Counted from the first letter of the stretch, positions 1 to 16,223 are shown. The stretch is 54,782 nt of DNA from Prorocentrum cordatum (GCA_963575745.1 CAUYUJ010000210.1:62001-116782); one strand, 5' to 3'. A program made the numbers and translations. Notes: generated by a model from the sequence alone, not told the origin.

Positions 1-591
1 GAGGAGGAGGACGAGGAGGAGGAGGGGAGAGGAGGACGAGGAGGAGTGGGAGGACGAGGAGGAGGAGATGGAAGGCAGAGGACGAGGAGGGGAGGAGGAG
101 CAGGAGAAAGAGGAGGAGAAATACGAGGAGAAGGAGGAGGAGGAGGAGGGGGAGGAGGAGGCCGACGAGAAGCAGAGGGAGGAGGGGGAGGGAGAGGGGC
201 AGGGAGGAGAGGGGGAGGGAGAGGGAGAAGCGAGGGAAGGGAGGAGAGGAACAGGAGCAGGGGAGGGAAAGGAAAGAGGAAGATAGACTGAGTAGTTGTT
301 AATCCATGTTTGGCCCTTTTCGGGCCTTCGGCAGCCCCTGGAAGCCTCGGCGGGCACAACCTGAGGCCTGCTGGTTCCTCTGGAGACCTCTCTGCGGGGA
401 ACCCCGGCGGGCCCCGCCGAAGGAGCAGGAGGCCATGTGTGGAGACGGAGGGTGGGAATGGGAGAGGGGGAGGGAAAGTACGGAGGAGGATAACGGAGAC
501 GAATGAGGAGGAGGAGGAGGAGGAGGAGGAAGAGGACGAGGCGGCGGAGGCGGAGGCGGCGGGCGGAGGAGAAGGGGAGGAGGACGAGGAG

Positions 592-1310
592 GACCAGCGT
601 AAACTCAAGACTCATCAACGATGTTGGAATATACCTTTCTCAAAGCTTCCTCTCCATAGGCCCACAGAAGGATTCATTACAATAAGGAAGTGCCCCAGTG
701 GCAGACAATCATTTGAAGATCCTGAAGCGTGCCAAACGCAACGAATCAACCTTACTGTTTCGCCTTGGCGATGCTGGATCGCGCCAGAACACAATTCCTG
801 GGATTTCAGCACTACCAATTAACATAACTCTGCGCCCTGACAATCCAGAGTCGCTCGAAGGCGCCGTTTCTGGTACATTAACGAAACCAACAAAACGAAC
901 AACGAATTTGCGCGGCGCTAAGGCGAGAGCCACATTTTGAAAATCACGTGTCACCAGTCCGCGAAACTCTCGCGAGGTTTACAATGAATGTGCGCGGCGC
1001 TGAAGCGAGAACACATTGTGAGAACCACCGAACCTCATTCCGCGAGACTATTGCAAATTCCGAAGACGGAACAAACCACGGAAAAAATAGAAAAATAGGG
1101 AGATGCCCAAACAACAACAAAAACGAATGTACGAGCCACGGAAGCGAGAATGACGTGTTGAAAATCACATGTCCTCAACCCGTGAAACTTTTGGAATTGT
1201 CAAACGAATGTGCGCCGCGCGAGAGCCACATGTTGAACACAACGTGCCATCAATACGTCAAACTCGTGCAATTCTCCCACATCCTAAGTGTGGTTCATGT
1301 TGTCTCTGGA
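592..1310 (-). repeat. Dispersed repeat (family with ~75-bp CAAAATGTGGCTCTCGCCTNAGCGCCGCG subunits), copy 1
   Basis: Reverse complement aligns by eye with 46205-46880, including the terminal ...GTTGATGAGTCTTG(A/G)GTTTAC(G/A)CTGGTCCTCCTC. Confidence 0.7.
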
Positions 1311-1462
1311 CACCACGCGCAGTCCTCCTCCTCCTCCTCCTCCTCCTCCTCCTCCTCCTCCTCCTCCTCCTCACCCCCCCTCCTCCTCGCAAACTCACAC
1401 ACCACCATCATCGTCATCATCAGCATCACCATCACCATCATCGCCAGCATCCTCATCACAAT

Positions 1463-1536
<74 letters not shown>

Positions 1537-1744
1537 CCCGCATCATCAACATATGTCGTCCCACTACGTCGCCATTCATCATCACCCACTCACTCTCTCA
1601 CCCATTCACGTTCTCCCATCACTAACGCATCACCATATCATGGTCCCATCAAGACCACTAAGCATAACCATCCTCGTCGTCATCATCACCCGCGCGCCCC
1701 ACCATCGCCATCACGATCACCATTCCATCACTAGCATCGACCAC

Positions 1745-3665
1745 GGGGGGCCTCATCTGTGAGTGAAGCACGAACACGTCTCGAGCGGGAGCCCCTTCCC
1801 TGTGGGGACCGCACGTCACGTTGATAATCCGAGCGGGTCATCGGGGCCCTGTAACTGTCGTCACTTTTGGGTTCCTCAGGCCTGACTATTGGGGAAGTCT
1901 CAGGCGGGAGCCTCGTCTGTTGATGAATTGCGAGGAAGTCTTTGGCGTGAACCTTCCTTTTATGGGGTCCGCAACTCACGTTGGCAACCCGTGCGGGCCA
2001 TCGGGATCCTGCAACCGTCGTCATTCTTGGACCCCCAGTCCTGAATGTTGAGGAAGTGTCAGGCGGGAACCTCGTGTGTAAGCGAATTTCGAGGAAGTCT
2101 CGAGCGGGAGCCTCCTCCCCATGGGGCCTGCACTTCATGTTGATAATCCGAGCGGGCCATCGGGATCTTGTAACCGCCGTCACTTTGAAGCTCCTGAGGA
2201 AGTCTCAGGCGGGAACGCCGTCTGTAAGTGAATGGAAGTCTCAGGCGGGAGCCCCCCCCCCTATGGTGTCCGCATCTCACGTTGGTAATCCGAGCGGGCC
2301 ATCGGGATCCTGTGACTGTCGTCACTTTCGGGTTCCCCAGGCCTGAATATTGGGGAAATGTCAGGCGGGAGCCTCGTCTGTGAATGAATTGCGTCACTTC
2401 TGGGTTCCCCAAGCCCGAATCGCAAGGAAGTTTCATCTCTGGCGGGGACCTCGTCTGTGATCGTATTGCGAGGACGGCGTTGGCGGGAGCCCCCCCCATA
2501 TGAATCCGCACCTCACGTTGGTAATCCGAGCGGGCCATCGGGACCTTGTAACTATCGTCACTTTTGGGTTCCTCAGGCCTGGGTATTGGAGAAGTGTCAG
2601 GCGGGAACCTCGTCTGCGAATGAATTGCGAGGAAGTCTTTGGCGTGAACCTCCTCCCTATGGGGTCCGCAACTCACGTTGGCAATCCCAACGGGCCATCG
2701 GGATCCTGTAAATGTCGTCACTCTTGGGCTCCTCGAGCCTGACTATCGGGGAAGTCTCAAGTGGGATCCTCGTTTGCGAATGAATTTCGAGGAAGTCTCG
2801 AGCGGGAACCTCCTCCCTATGGGGCCCGCACTTCATGTTGATAATCCGAACGGGCCATCGGGATCTTGTAACTGTTGTCACACTTGAGCTCTTCCAGCCT
2901 GAATATTGAGGATGTCTCAGGCGGGAACCCCGCCTGTGAGTGAATCCGGAAGAAGTCTCAGGCGTGAGCCCCCTCCGTATTGGGTCCGCATCTCACGTTG
3001 GCAATCCAACCGGGTCATCGGAATCCTACAACTGTCGTCACTGCTGGGTTCCTCAGGACTGGCAAAAAGAAGTTCCATCTCGGACGGGAACCTCGTCTGT
3101 GAGCGCATTGCGAAGACGTCGTTGGCGGGAGCCCCCTCCATATGGGTCCACAACTCACGTTGGTAATCCGAGCGGGTCATCGGAAATTCGTAGCTGTCGT
3201 TACTTTCGGGCTCTTCAAGCTTGAACCTTGAGGAAGTCTCAGACGGGGAGCCTCGTCTGTGAGTGAATTGCGAGGAACTCCCAGGCGAGAGACTCCACCT
3301 TATGAGGTCCGCGGCTCACTTTCGTAATCCGAGCGGGTCACCGGAACCTTGAAACTGTCGTCATTGTTCGGCTCTTCAAGCCTGAACTTCGAGAAGTCTC
3401 AGGCGGGAGCTTCGTCCGTGACTGAATCCCGAAGAAATCTCAAGCGAGGGCCCCCCCCCACTGGGGCCCGCACGACACGTTGGTAATCCAAGCCGGCGAT
3501 CGGAGACCTATAGCTGTCGTCACTTTTCGGCGCCTCGGGACCGAATACGGAGGAGGTCTGACGCGAGGGCTTCGTTCGTGAGTGGATAGCGAGGAAGTCT
3601 CAGACGGGAGCCCCCCTACCTATGGGGCCCACACTTCACGTTGGCAGTAAGAGCGGGTCATCGGC
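1745..3665. repeat. ~160-bp satellite, ~12 diverged copies
   Basis: CACGTTGGTAATCCGAGCGGGCCATCGG recurs at ~160-bp spacing (1817, 1977, 2137...3637). Each unit has two GAGGAAGTCTCAGGCGGGAGCC cores 41 bp apart. Confidence 0.9.
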
Positions 3666-3914
3666 AAATTCTACCAGGCAAAAAAAATGAGCACCCCACA
3701 GGGACAAACCACGAGGCGTTCCACACGCGTATGTGAATGAGTCGCAAGGAAGTCTCAGGCGGGAGCCCCTAACCCAGTCACAAAATCGCTCGAGGAGTTC
3801 GACCAGAGAGCGGTGGACTCCGGGGCTGAGGGGGAGCAGCTTGCGGCAGGGCTGAACCTCGCGCTGCCTCCCACCTGAGCGCGGCCGCGACTAACTCGGC
3901 GCCTGCGGGTGTGT

Positions 3915-4110
3915 CTCGGGTCGGGCGAAAGGGGGGATAGCAAAGGGGGGGTTTGAGAATCAGCTCGCGTAGCTGATTTTCCCGGCGCCTCCCGGCGCCG
4001 GAGGCGACCATGTATCGAGGAGTGGGCCCCTCGGTGGGGCCGAGACCAGCTGCATGCAGCAGATTTCGTAACCCCCCCTTTCCCAATCCCCCCCTTTCGC
4101 CCGACCCGAG
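3915..4110. mobile_element. MITE, 196 bp, ~40-bp TIR, 3-bp TSD (TGT)
   Basis: CTCGGGTCGGGCGAAAGGGGGG... and ...CCCCCCTTTCGCCCGACCCGAG (first 22 nt perfect), flanked by TGT on both sides. Confidence 0.8.
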
Positions 4111-5009
4111 TGTCCCACAGGCCTGCTCGCGCGCCCCAGCGGCTCGCGGGGTTGTCCCAACGACCGCTGCCCCGACGGCTTCGCGATCTTGCCATCGGAA
4201 AGCAGGCGCCCCTGCCGGGCGCCGGCGGCGACGGCGCCCGGGGAAAAATCGGCAGGCGCCCCCCGCGGCCAGGAGCCCCTCTGCCAAGGAGGAAGGAGGG
4301 GCGCATGAGGAGAACAGGCGGGATGGAGATGAGGTGGAGGAGGGGGGGAGGAGGAGGAGGTGGAGGAGGAAGAAAAAGACGAAGGAGAGGAGAAATTGAA
4401 CAAGGAGTGCGAGCAGGAGGAGGAGGAGGAGGAGGAGACGGAGGACGGGGAAGACAAGGAGCTAAAGTAGCCTGAGAGGGACGAGAAGAGGGCAAGCGGG
4501 CACGACGCGAGAAGAGGGCAAATGATGTCTCTCCGCGCGGACCAGCTGCACCGAACTCATCGCCACAACAGTGCTTTGGCTGCGGCCGACGTTACAGCAA
4601 TGTATGCTGGCGAAGGCGCTGCCAACTGCTTCATTTTGTAGAACAGGAGAAAAGCGAACGCAACCCTGCGAATCGACTGGCGCAACGAAAGATCGCGGTC
4701 AGGCTCGGACGTGTACGCCGCTGCAGGGCCCAGGCCCCCTGATGTAAGCGTGCTGAGGAGCGGGGGAGAGTCGAGGGTCCAGAGACGAGGAAGACAAGGA
4801 GGATGAGGAGGAGCAACCGAGGACGATACGGGGGGCTTCGGCCAGGGCGAAGAGGAAAGACCCAACGGCAATCAACATATATCATCATGCAGGGTCCTAC
4901 CGTCGGAATAAGTAAAACGAATACTCGCAGCGCTAAGGCGAGAGCCACATCTTGGAAGCGGCCCGCCCTCCATCTGTGAAGCTGTTGCCAGTGTTTAAGT
5001 TTGAAGCTC

Positions 5010-5460
5010 AAAAATGCAAGGACTACCCAGCGAAACGCCCAGCCCGCCCTTCCGGGTGCGCTTCAGAGGCTCCAGCGCGTCATGACCCAGCTCTTTCCGT
5101 CTCGGCCGTTTCGGGGCCTTGAGGCGGCGGCGTTCGGCAATGACCTCCGCCAGCTCCCTCTCGCATGCCGCGGCTGCGCGGGCGATTTTGCCGAGTCCAT
5201 CTTGCGCCTGCTGCTGATCCGGGCCGCTCCAGTCCGCGTGCGAGGCCGCCCGTTCACGAGCAGCCAGGCCGATCGTAGCGGGGTCAGGGCCGTCCAGGTC
5301 GGCAAGCCCCAGCACCTCCCAGGGGTCGTCAGCGTCGAGGTGGTAGCCCAGGCGCGTCAGGATGACGAGCATGTCGTCCCAGCAGTCGGGGTACTTGAAC
5401 GGCTGCGCTGCGCGGCCAGCGCAGGGTCTCCGGCGTTGGCAGAACTGGGATTCGTGGGAC
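5010..5460 (-). pseudogene. Coding-like fragment with a J-domain-like N-terminal motif
   Basis: DDPWEVLGL...A.R.RAASHAD...AQDGLGKIARA resembles a J-domain outline but lacks HPD. GC3-rich codons. Confidence 0.25.
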
Positions 5461-6439
5461 CTGGTTTAGTGATGTGTACTGGGGGACGCCCCCCCCCCGC
5501 CCCGTTCCACTAACTGGAACTGCCGTCACCCGAAAAACACCAGCTACGGCAGACATGGTTTGGTGAGTCTGGCCACTTTAGGGGCTCCAGGGCCCTACTA
5601 CTAAACGGGTCCCCTTTCCGGGGGTCGTGGCTATACCCGAGAGTTATGTTGCTCCCATCCTACTTAAGGACCACATCCCAGAAATAACTTCGAGCACCCG
5701 GAAAAGTGTCAAAAGAGTGTCGAAAGAGTGTCGAAACAGTGTCGGGCGAGTGTCTCCCAGGGCCCGACACGTGAAAACCCTTGAGTTTCGGTACTTTTCT
5801 GGGCGCTCGAACTTCTTCCTGGTGATCAAGGCTAATGTAGGTTGGAGATAGTCCAAGAGCGCTCCAAGACGCCCAACTTGATTTCTTCACAATCCGCGAG
5901 GCTTCGAAAACTCCCTAATGGCGCTTCGAAAGGACACCCAAGAAGGCCCAGAGAGCCAGAAACTCTGGATTCTCCAGTGGCGTTTGAAGGATTTAGCAGT
6001 CGTGAGAGAGACGCTGTCGTCGTCGTCGTCGTCGCCGTCAGTTCCAAACGAATTGAGGAACAAGGAAGAGAAACGTTGTAATTGAGTCGATTCCCTTTCG
6101 TATTTCCCTTCCCTGCCAGGGGGGTGGGGGGAGAAGGGAGGGAGGGGGGGGTGGGGTCCCGAGTCAGAATACCGCCCCCCCCCGGGGTCCCGGCAGGTTC
6201 AGGGGAGCGGGTTCACAAGCGGGGGTCTCGGGGGAGGTCCCCCCTTCAAAGTGCCGCCAAGAGGCCCCCGGAAGGCCTCCCAAGAGACCCCAAGACGCCT
6301 CCCAAAGAGGCGTCTTGTCCACGACCCACTTTGGCCTTCAGGGTGCCCCAAGAAGCCATCGAGAGGCCTCCTCCTCCTCCTCGCTCGCAAAGGGCACGCC
6401 AACAAAGCAACTCCGGCTGAAAGAGCGAAGCGCTTGATC

Positions 6440-8480
<2,041 letters not shown>

Positions 8481-8799
8481 CCACGACAGCCACCGCCGCC
8501 CGCGGCCTGGGACTGCCCGAGCCGCGTCTCGCTGGTGTGCCGGCACAGCTCCGCAAACCTGCCCTCGCTGCTGAGACGCCTGGCCACGCGGCTTTGGGGG
8601 GGAAGCAAACTCAATCAGCATCGAATCAGGAACTCGGATCGAAGCAGAAACTCGGGTCGGGACGGTCCGCATCGGCACGGAGTCGAAATATAGAAGCCGA
8701 TCGGCTGCACCATGATGCACAACAGCGCCGTGCACGCATCGGGCTCCATCGGATCGCCGAAATATCGAAAACCCGGCCCCCCGGAGCCTCCACATATCC

Positions 8800-8995
8800 T
8801 TCGGGAGCGGCCAAGAGGGGGGTGTCCAAGAGGGGGGGGGTGCAAATCATGACCGGCGGCATGTGCGCGGTCCAGCGGGGGGGCCAGGGACGTAATGAAA
8901 CAAGAAGAGGCGCCATGAAACCTGGTGAAATATCATCGCCCCCGCCATGACATCCACCCCCCCTAGTCATCACCCCCCTCTTTTCCGCCCCCGAA
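8800..8995. mobile_element. MITE, 196 bp, imperfect TIR, 3-bp TSD (TCC)
   Basis: TTCGGGAGCGGCCAAGAGGGGGGTG ... CACCCCCCTCTTTTCCGCCCCCGAA, flanked by TCC on both sides. Confidence 0.7.
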
Positions 8996-9979
8996 TCCTC
9001 CGATCTCACCTCTCCAGCCCGCGGCCCCGGAACTCCCGAACCCCTTCCCTTGGGATAGTTCTGCGTCACGGATCCGTTTCCGATGGCCCCAAGGCCCGAT
9101 CACGGGCCCTGCAGGCCGGAATCTGGAAAAAACTGCTCCATCGGCAGAGCGGGTGTGCCCAAACGGTAGAGTGATGCGGAGAGCAGAGGCCGGGATGGGA
9201 GGAGGGAGGAGGAGGAGAAGGAGGGGGAGGAGCAAGGAAGGGAGGAAGATAGGACGCGGGGCGCCGTCTCTTCCAAACGAGGACCCAACACCACGGGAGG
9301 GTTGGGAGAGAAGCTGCTTCCTGGGCGGCGCTGGCGATCGCAGGCGCGCCTGTCGCTCCGGAGGGCCGCGCAGGGGCGCCTGGCACGCGGGGACGAAGCT
9401 GCCCAGGCAGAGGGGCGGCCGCGGAGGCGGGAGGAGGAGGCCCGAGCCGTCGAGAAGCTCTGGGCGGGGAGCAAAACACCCCCCGGACTGAAAAAGATCG
9501 TGTCGTCGGCGACCCGGGCCCGCGGCCCACCCCGATCGTTGGATCCTTGGGCTGTCCAAGGTCGCGACCCACTGAAGGGGCCCCGGGGACACGCAAATAA
9601 ACGGACACAAATCAAAGGATTCCCCTATACTTGTGCATATTTTCTGGGTTTTTGTCTCCCCCCCCACTTCCCACATGTTCCCATATTTTCCTGGGGATCG
9701 ACGATGAATTGTTTCTGCCTCCTGACCAACGAGAGATCGGTCACCACCGATTGCGCCTCCAATCTCGGATCGGTCCCGACCGCACTGCTCCAAAGACTCG
9801 GCCGCGGCCGATTCGGAGCGCCGATCGGTCGCTTGCCGATCGCGACCTGGAAGCTCCGGTACCAGACAAGCGCGCCCCACTCCTCGCAAACGTAAAAAAC
9901 TGCCCGCAAGTGGCCCCGTGAGCCGCGGCGGGGGCTGCACGATCCTCTGCGTACATGGAGGCGAACAGGTGCTCAGGAT

Positions 9980-10115
9980 TCGTTTTTTTGCAATCCTTCG
10001 TTTTTTTGCAATCCTTCGTTTTTTGTTTGCAATCCTTCGTTCTTTGTTTTGCAATCCTTCGTTTGTTTTGCAATCCTTCGTTTTTTTTTTGCTATCCTTC
10101 GTTTTTTTTGCAATC
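9980..10115. repeat. ~20-bp TTGCAATCCTTCGTTTTT tandem repeat
   Basis: About 6 tandem copies. Confidence 0.85.
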
Positions 10116-12347
10116 GGACGTTTGCGAGCAGGCACCCTGCGAGCAGCGGAGCGCGCTCGGTGAGGCACCCGATGATCCGTGGCACCCGCCGCCCCGCCGC
10201 TCCCCCGGAAGGGGCCCCGCCGGCCTGGCGCGCTCGGCAGCGAAGCGCCGCTCGTTGCCCTCGCGCGCGCGCGGGCGGCGGCCGCCCCCGAGGGGCCCTG
10301 GGAGATCGATGGCTGGCGACGTCCGAGCCCTGAGCCCCGCCAGCCGTCGACCCCCCCGAAGGAGGAGGAGGAGGAGGAGGAGGAGGAGGAGGAGGAGGAG
10401 GAGGAGGAGGGAGGAGGAGGAGGAGGAGGAGGAGGGAGGGAGGGAGGGAGGAGAGGGAGGGAGGAGGGAGGAGGAGGAGGAGGAGGAGGAGGAGGAGGAG
10501 GAGGAGGAGGAGGAGGAGGAGGAGGAGGAGGAGGAGGAGGAGGAGCAGGGGCCCGACCTCACCGCGTGCCCGACGCACTCCGCGGCCCCCTCCCCGCGGC
10601 CCACCGAGCGGCCCGAGTCGGTGGTCGGCGAGGCCTGGGCCCGGCTCTCGCCGCCGAGCTCGCGGGCGGCGGTCGAGGGTCGACGAAATCGGTGCCCTTC
10701 GGAGCGCCCTTCTGGCCCCTCCCTCCTCCCTCCTCCCTCCTCCCTCCTCCCTCCTCCCTCCTCCCTCTGGCCGCCCCTGGCACGAGACCTCCTCTTGGAG
10801 AGACCTCTGGACAGACGTCGGCCGTCGTCGCCACCGCCGCTGCCCCGAGGATCGAGGATCGAGGATCGAGGATCGAGGCTTTCTTGGGGGGGGGCCCGAA
10901 GGATCGGGGATCGAGGATGGAGGATCGGAGATCGATGATCGAGGATCGGGGTCCGCGAAGGCGACCAGGAGCGGCCATCAGAGGCTTCTTCCCCTTGCGG
11001 TCTGGGTCAGGGGCTGCGGCCCGCAGGCCGGCAGGGGGCTCAGGCAGGACTTCTTTTAGAACTCCGACCCCGATGATAGCCCGCAGTGAGCTCCTGGCGA
11101 GCTGGCTGAAGCCTCGTCGCATCGACGGTGGGAGATCCTGCAGGTTCCTGGGCTCCTTCTGAGCCCAAGGGGGGGGGGCGATGGTCGGACGGGGGTCGAC
11201 CAGGGCCGCCGCCGCCGCCGCCATCGTCGTCGTTGCCGCCGCCGCCGCCGCTGCAGGAGGATGACGGGGGCGGAGGGCGAGGAGGTGAAGACCAGACCAT
11301 GCGCTGCACGCGGCCCTCTTTGGGGGCCTCATGGACTGTCTTATGGCTATCGCGGAGGCCTCTCTGGCCGTCTTGGGCGGTCGGAAACCCGAGCGGGCGA
11401 GCACTCGTGGAAACCAATTGGGCAATCAATGGCTTCCTCGGGGGCCTCATGGGTCTCCACATCATCTGAGCACGTTGACCTCTGTGGCCAGGCTCGTGTG
11501 GCCTGGGGCTCTGCCGTCCTCGAAGGCCCTCAAGCAGGCCAGGCCTGTGCGTGTGGGGGCTTGACACTCGGAGAAAAAATTGCCCGTCGTGCGCAAGGGG
11601 GAGAGGGGATCTGGAGCTGGATCCGGAGCGAAGGCTCATCGGGCCCCAGAGGCACCACGAGCGCTGCCCCTGCGAGACAAAGACGGCGCAACCAAAGTGC
11701 AGAAAAAGCGTTCAGCTTCGGAGCGATCGGGAGAAAGCCGGACGAGGTGCTGGCAGGCCTGGTGGTCCAGGTCCTCCTGCACGCGGCTCCTCGTGTGGAC
11801 GCGCGAGATCGCGGCCTGGCGGCGCGGGCCAGCTGACCCTCTCGACCTGAGCCCCGCCTGCCTCCGGCGCCGCCGTCTTCAAGGCTCCTGGCGTGCAGGG
11901 CGGGGACTGGGGAACAGACGCCTTGGGACCCCAGCGGGCGAGATGCTCCAAGGTCGATCGCCCAGGCGGTAAATCCCCGCCTCGGATGCGGGTCGCACGG
12001 AAAGGAGGGGGTCAAGGGGGGGGGGGGGGAGATCAGCTGCATGCATCTGGTTCTCCTGGCGCCTCCTGGCGTTGAGAACGGCCGGGTGGAGCGCGACAGG
12101 ATCGTAAGAGCACGCAATGGCGATGCGAGGACCTTGGACGCCCACGCTGAAGCCCTTTGAGCAAAAAGTGGTCGGCGATAGCGGCGAATGTCGAGGGCGC
12201 GGACCGAATCAATTGCGAGGGAGTCCCACCCAAGAGCGCGATTCTGGTATAAAGTGTGAGGACGTCCCACACGAGAGCGCGGTTTGGGCATAAATTGTGA
12301 GGGCGTATCAGGCGGGAGCCGTTGTTGTCGAACTCCCACTACTGAAG

Positions 12348-13389
12348 AATTCGCCGGCCCAACGGGCCAGGGCGTGCTAAGATCTCCGGTAACTGGTTAA
12401 CAGTATTAACAGTATTTCTAGTTCGCGCGCGCGGGGCGGCCCCTGGGGGTCCCCCGGCGAAAAGTACCCCGACCAACGCCCGGTCGCCGCCCGACCGCCG
12501 CCCGACCGCCGCCCGACCAAGTCTACTCAGAGATGGTTTTCCTTCTGGGTGCGGCCTCTCAGGCTCCCCAGAGCGCGCTCAGAGTGCCCCAAGAGGCCCC
12601 CAAGACTGCCCAAGAGGCCCCCGAGACGCCCAAAGAGCGCTCGAAGACGCCGAAGATGACCCCAAGACGGCCCAAAAGGCCCCCAAGACAGCCCAAGAGG
12701 CCTCCAAGACGCCCCAAGAGCCTTCCAAGAGGCCTCCGAAGAGAGCCCCAAGAGGCCAAAATCGTTGATTTTCATTGGTTTTTTCGATGTTTTTTGTGTT
12801 CTGGCTTTTTCGGCTTCCGGACGCTCCAAGACGGCCCAAGAGGCCCCCAAGACCGCTCCAAGACGGCCCACGAAGCTCCCAAGACGGCGCCGAAACGACC
12901 CAAGAGAGCCCTCAAGACGGCCCAAGTGCCGCCCAAGACGGACCAAGAGGCCCCAAGACGGGCCCAAGAGGGACTCAGGAGGGATACCGAGAACTCAAAA
13001 ATGGAGCCCTCCGTCCCAGAAGGCGCCCAGGAGGTCCCAAAGAGGCCCCAAGAGGCCTCCAAGAGGCCCCAAGATGTCGCCAAGAGGCCCCAGGAGACTC
13101 CCAGGAGGCCCAAAAGAAGCCCCAGAAGGCTTCAAACATGTCTCCCAGGCGCCCCCGAACGGCCTCTCAACAGACCCCAAGAGGCCCCCCAAAGAAGCAT
13201 CTTGACGACGACTCTATTTCGCCCCATCGAGAGACGACCCCCAGGGAACTGCTTCACCATCAAAACTCCCCACGCAACGCGTCCGAACGACACCCGCCCC
13301 CAAGAGCGCAACATGGGCAACGAACACACAGACAAAAACCAGCGATGCCATATCACGGGCCGGCGGAATAAGCGAAGCGATTCAATAAT
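12348..13389 (+). mobile_element. Non-autonomous element with asymmetric TIRs (Helitron2-like), long copy
   Basis: Same termini (AATTCGCCGGCCCAACGGGCC ... GGGCCGGCGGAATAAGCGAAGCGATTCAATAAT). Interior ~12527-12990 is near-identical to ~37795-38260. Confidence 0.8.
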
Positions 13390-13535
13390 TATTGTTGACC
13401 CCTCCTTCGGGTGACCATTGTATTTGTCCATTGAAGTGCTCCCTCCAGGGCTCGCACCTCGTTTTTTTCCTATCAGGGAAAAGCCCTGGGGTCAAACTGT
13501 GCCCCTGGCCCCCGGTTTACAACAACAGCAACAGC

Positions 13536-13579
<44 letters not shown>

Positions 13580-14059
13580 CTACAACTACAACTACAACAA
13601 CAACAACAACCACAACCACAACCACAACCACAGCAACAACAACAACAACAAGAAGTTTAAGACTTCTCGCTCCATCTGCTCACGTGCTAATCATTACGTA
13701 TATCCCAAACCCTCAGTACCCGCCCTCGTCGTCTTCGATCGGACCCCCTTGGGGGAGAATCTTCCTTACCTGCCACGTGTATTTAGTGCAGCCCCTAAAA
13801 CAAGGGAAGAGAGGACGGGTGGAACGGGGAGGGAGAATAATGGAGCATGAGAGAAATTAGCAGGAGGGTGGCAAGGAGCAGAAAACAAGTGGTATAACCA
13901 GACGGACAGATCGGGTGGGCAAACCCATAGCGGGCAGGTCGGGAAGGCGGGCCCAGGCGACGAGGTCGAGCAGGCGGGTTGCTGAAGCGTGGGTCCTGCA
14001 TGAATCGCGAGGAAGTTTCGAGCGATAGCGCGATTTCTAAGTGAATCGTGAGAAAAGCC

Positions 14060-14470
14060 AGCGTGGGCCACGAAGGGCATAAAATCCGAGGCCGCAGAGG
14101 GCAGCGACGCGGCCGCTGAGGGCAGCACCGGGGCCACGGAGGGCAGCGAGGGGGCCACAAATGGCGACAGCGTTGCCACGAAGGGCATGCATATGGGGTC
14201 ACGACGGGCGCGAGAGAGCGGGGGCCACGAAGGGCATTCGTATACGGGGCCACAAAGGGCGACAGCGGGGCCACTGAGGGCAGCAACGGGGCCACGAAGG
14301 GCAGCGAGGGGGCCACGAAGGGCGACAACGGGGCTACAAAGGGCATACATATGGGGCCACGACGGGTGCGTGCGAGCGGGGGCCACGAAGGGCATATAAT
14401 TCGGGACCACAAAGGGCAGCGACAGAGCCACTGAGGGCAGCAACGGGGCCACGAAGGGCAGCGAGCGAAG
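14060..14470. repeat. 21-bp GGGGCCACGAAGGGCAGCGAC-type minisatellite
   Basis: Tandem degenerate 21-mers. Confidence 0.85.
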
Positions 14471-15016
14471 GCGACCGCGGAACCAGTACGGGCAGCGAGG
14501 GGCATCGAAGGCAGGCGAAAGGCAGCGACCGGCGACTGCTGTCATTAACGGGCTGGTCGGGCGGGCAGGCCCCGACGGGCGGGTCGAGCGGGCGGGTCGT
14601 TGAAGGTTGGGTCCTGCTTGAACCGCCAGGCAATATGTAGCGGGAGCGCGATTCCTGAGTGTCGAGGACCGGCATCTGGGGATAAATTGTGCGGAAATAT
14701 CAACAACAACGGTTCGGTGGAAAACTGCGAAGAAATCCCACGCGAGAGCGCGATTCTGCAATATATTGTCAAGAAATCAAGCGGGATCCGCGATTCAGTG
14801 GAAAATTACAAGGAAATCCAAAGCGAGAGCGCGATTCTGCAATACATTGAAACAATATCAGGCGGGAGCCGTTGTTGTTAACCGGGGGCCAACGACACAG
14901 TTTGAGCCTCAAGACCTTCCCTGGTAAAAATCAAAGTGCGAGCCCCGGGAGGGGCACTTCAATCGAAAACATACCGGGGATCAACATGACACATGTTTCA
15001 AGAAAGAGAGCTCATC

Positions 15017-15119
<103 letters not shown>

Positions 15120-15459
15120 ACAACACAACAACAACAATCATGTTACCCTCATGCGCGATGTTTCCACACGAAGCATGCGACCATCATGATAACCATTTAC
15201 ATCATGAGGGACGCTTGTTCTATAGCGGGGTCCGTTATTCCATTCCCGCATCTCCCGCCCAATGAGGTCTTGCAAACACCCTTCCGAGGAATTTCGACAA
15301 ATCCCTCCTCGAAAACACATGCCCGAGCCTTGCTGCGCCGATGCGAGACCGCCAGTGGAACCCCAGCGAAAGGTAAAGCACAAGGAAGTATCGAACGACA
15401 GGATTGCCTTGCTGGGGATGGGGGCTGTCGGCGGTGAGGCAAGGACCTGGCCCTGAATA

Positions 15460-16135
15460 GAAAGGGAGGAAGTCTCGAGCAGGGCTGCTGTTGTTGCTAG
15501 GAGCGGCGCCAATGCTGAAGAGAGTAGGGCGATAGTCCAGCGTAAAACAGAACGAAGTCTCGAGCGGGAACGCTGGTCTTGTTGGGACGGCGGCTTTCGG
15601 CGGCGAGGAGGAATACCGCCTTGAGTAAGAAATGAGGAAGCATCGAGCGGGAGCCGCGGTTTTGTCGGGACGGGGGCTGTTGGCGGCGAGGAACAGCACC
15701 GTCCCGAGGAAAAAAAAGGACATCTCGAGCGGGAGCGTTGTTCTTGCTGGGAGCGGCGCCAATTCAAAAGAGAGCAGGGCGCCAGTCCAGCGTAAAACGG
15801 AAGGAAGTCTCGGGCGGGAGCGCTGAATTGTGGGGGCGGCGGTTTTCGGCGGTGACGAGGGCACCGCCTTGAGTTTTAAAAAAGGGAAGCCTCGAGCGGG
15901 AGCGTTGTTTTTGCTGGGGGCGGCGCCGATGAGAGAAAGACGAGCGCGCCAGCCCAAGGTAAAACGGGAGGAGGTCTCGAGCGGGAGCGCTGGTTTTGTT
16001 AGGACGGCAGCTTTCGGCGGCGAGCAAATGGACCAGCACTGAGTAAAAAGTGAGGAAGTTTCGAGCGGGAGCCTTGTTGTTGATACGGGGGCCGGTTTTG
16101 GCGGCCCCCCAAGCCGCTCGAGCGTGAGCCTCGTT
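15460..16135. repeat. ~84-bp minisatellite, ~8 copies
   Basis: GAGGAAGTCTCGAGCGGGAGCG core recurs every 82-85 bp. Confidence 0.85.
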
Positions 16136-16223
16136 TTCAATGAAACTGTAGCCGGCGCCTCGGCGAGAGCGCAGGGGCGCATGTAAAGGGCCCAAACAAT
16201 AACTATTTTGGGTAGTTAACACT

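Noticed and set aside
12527..13431. Pro/Arg/Lys-rich ORFs (also 27311-28201 and 37698-38465)
   Set aside because: Products of stop-poor CCCAAGA minisatellites, open in several frames on both strands.
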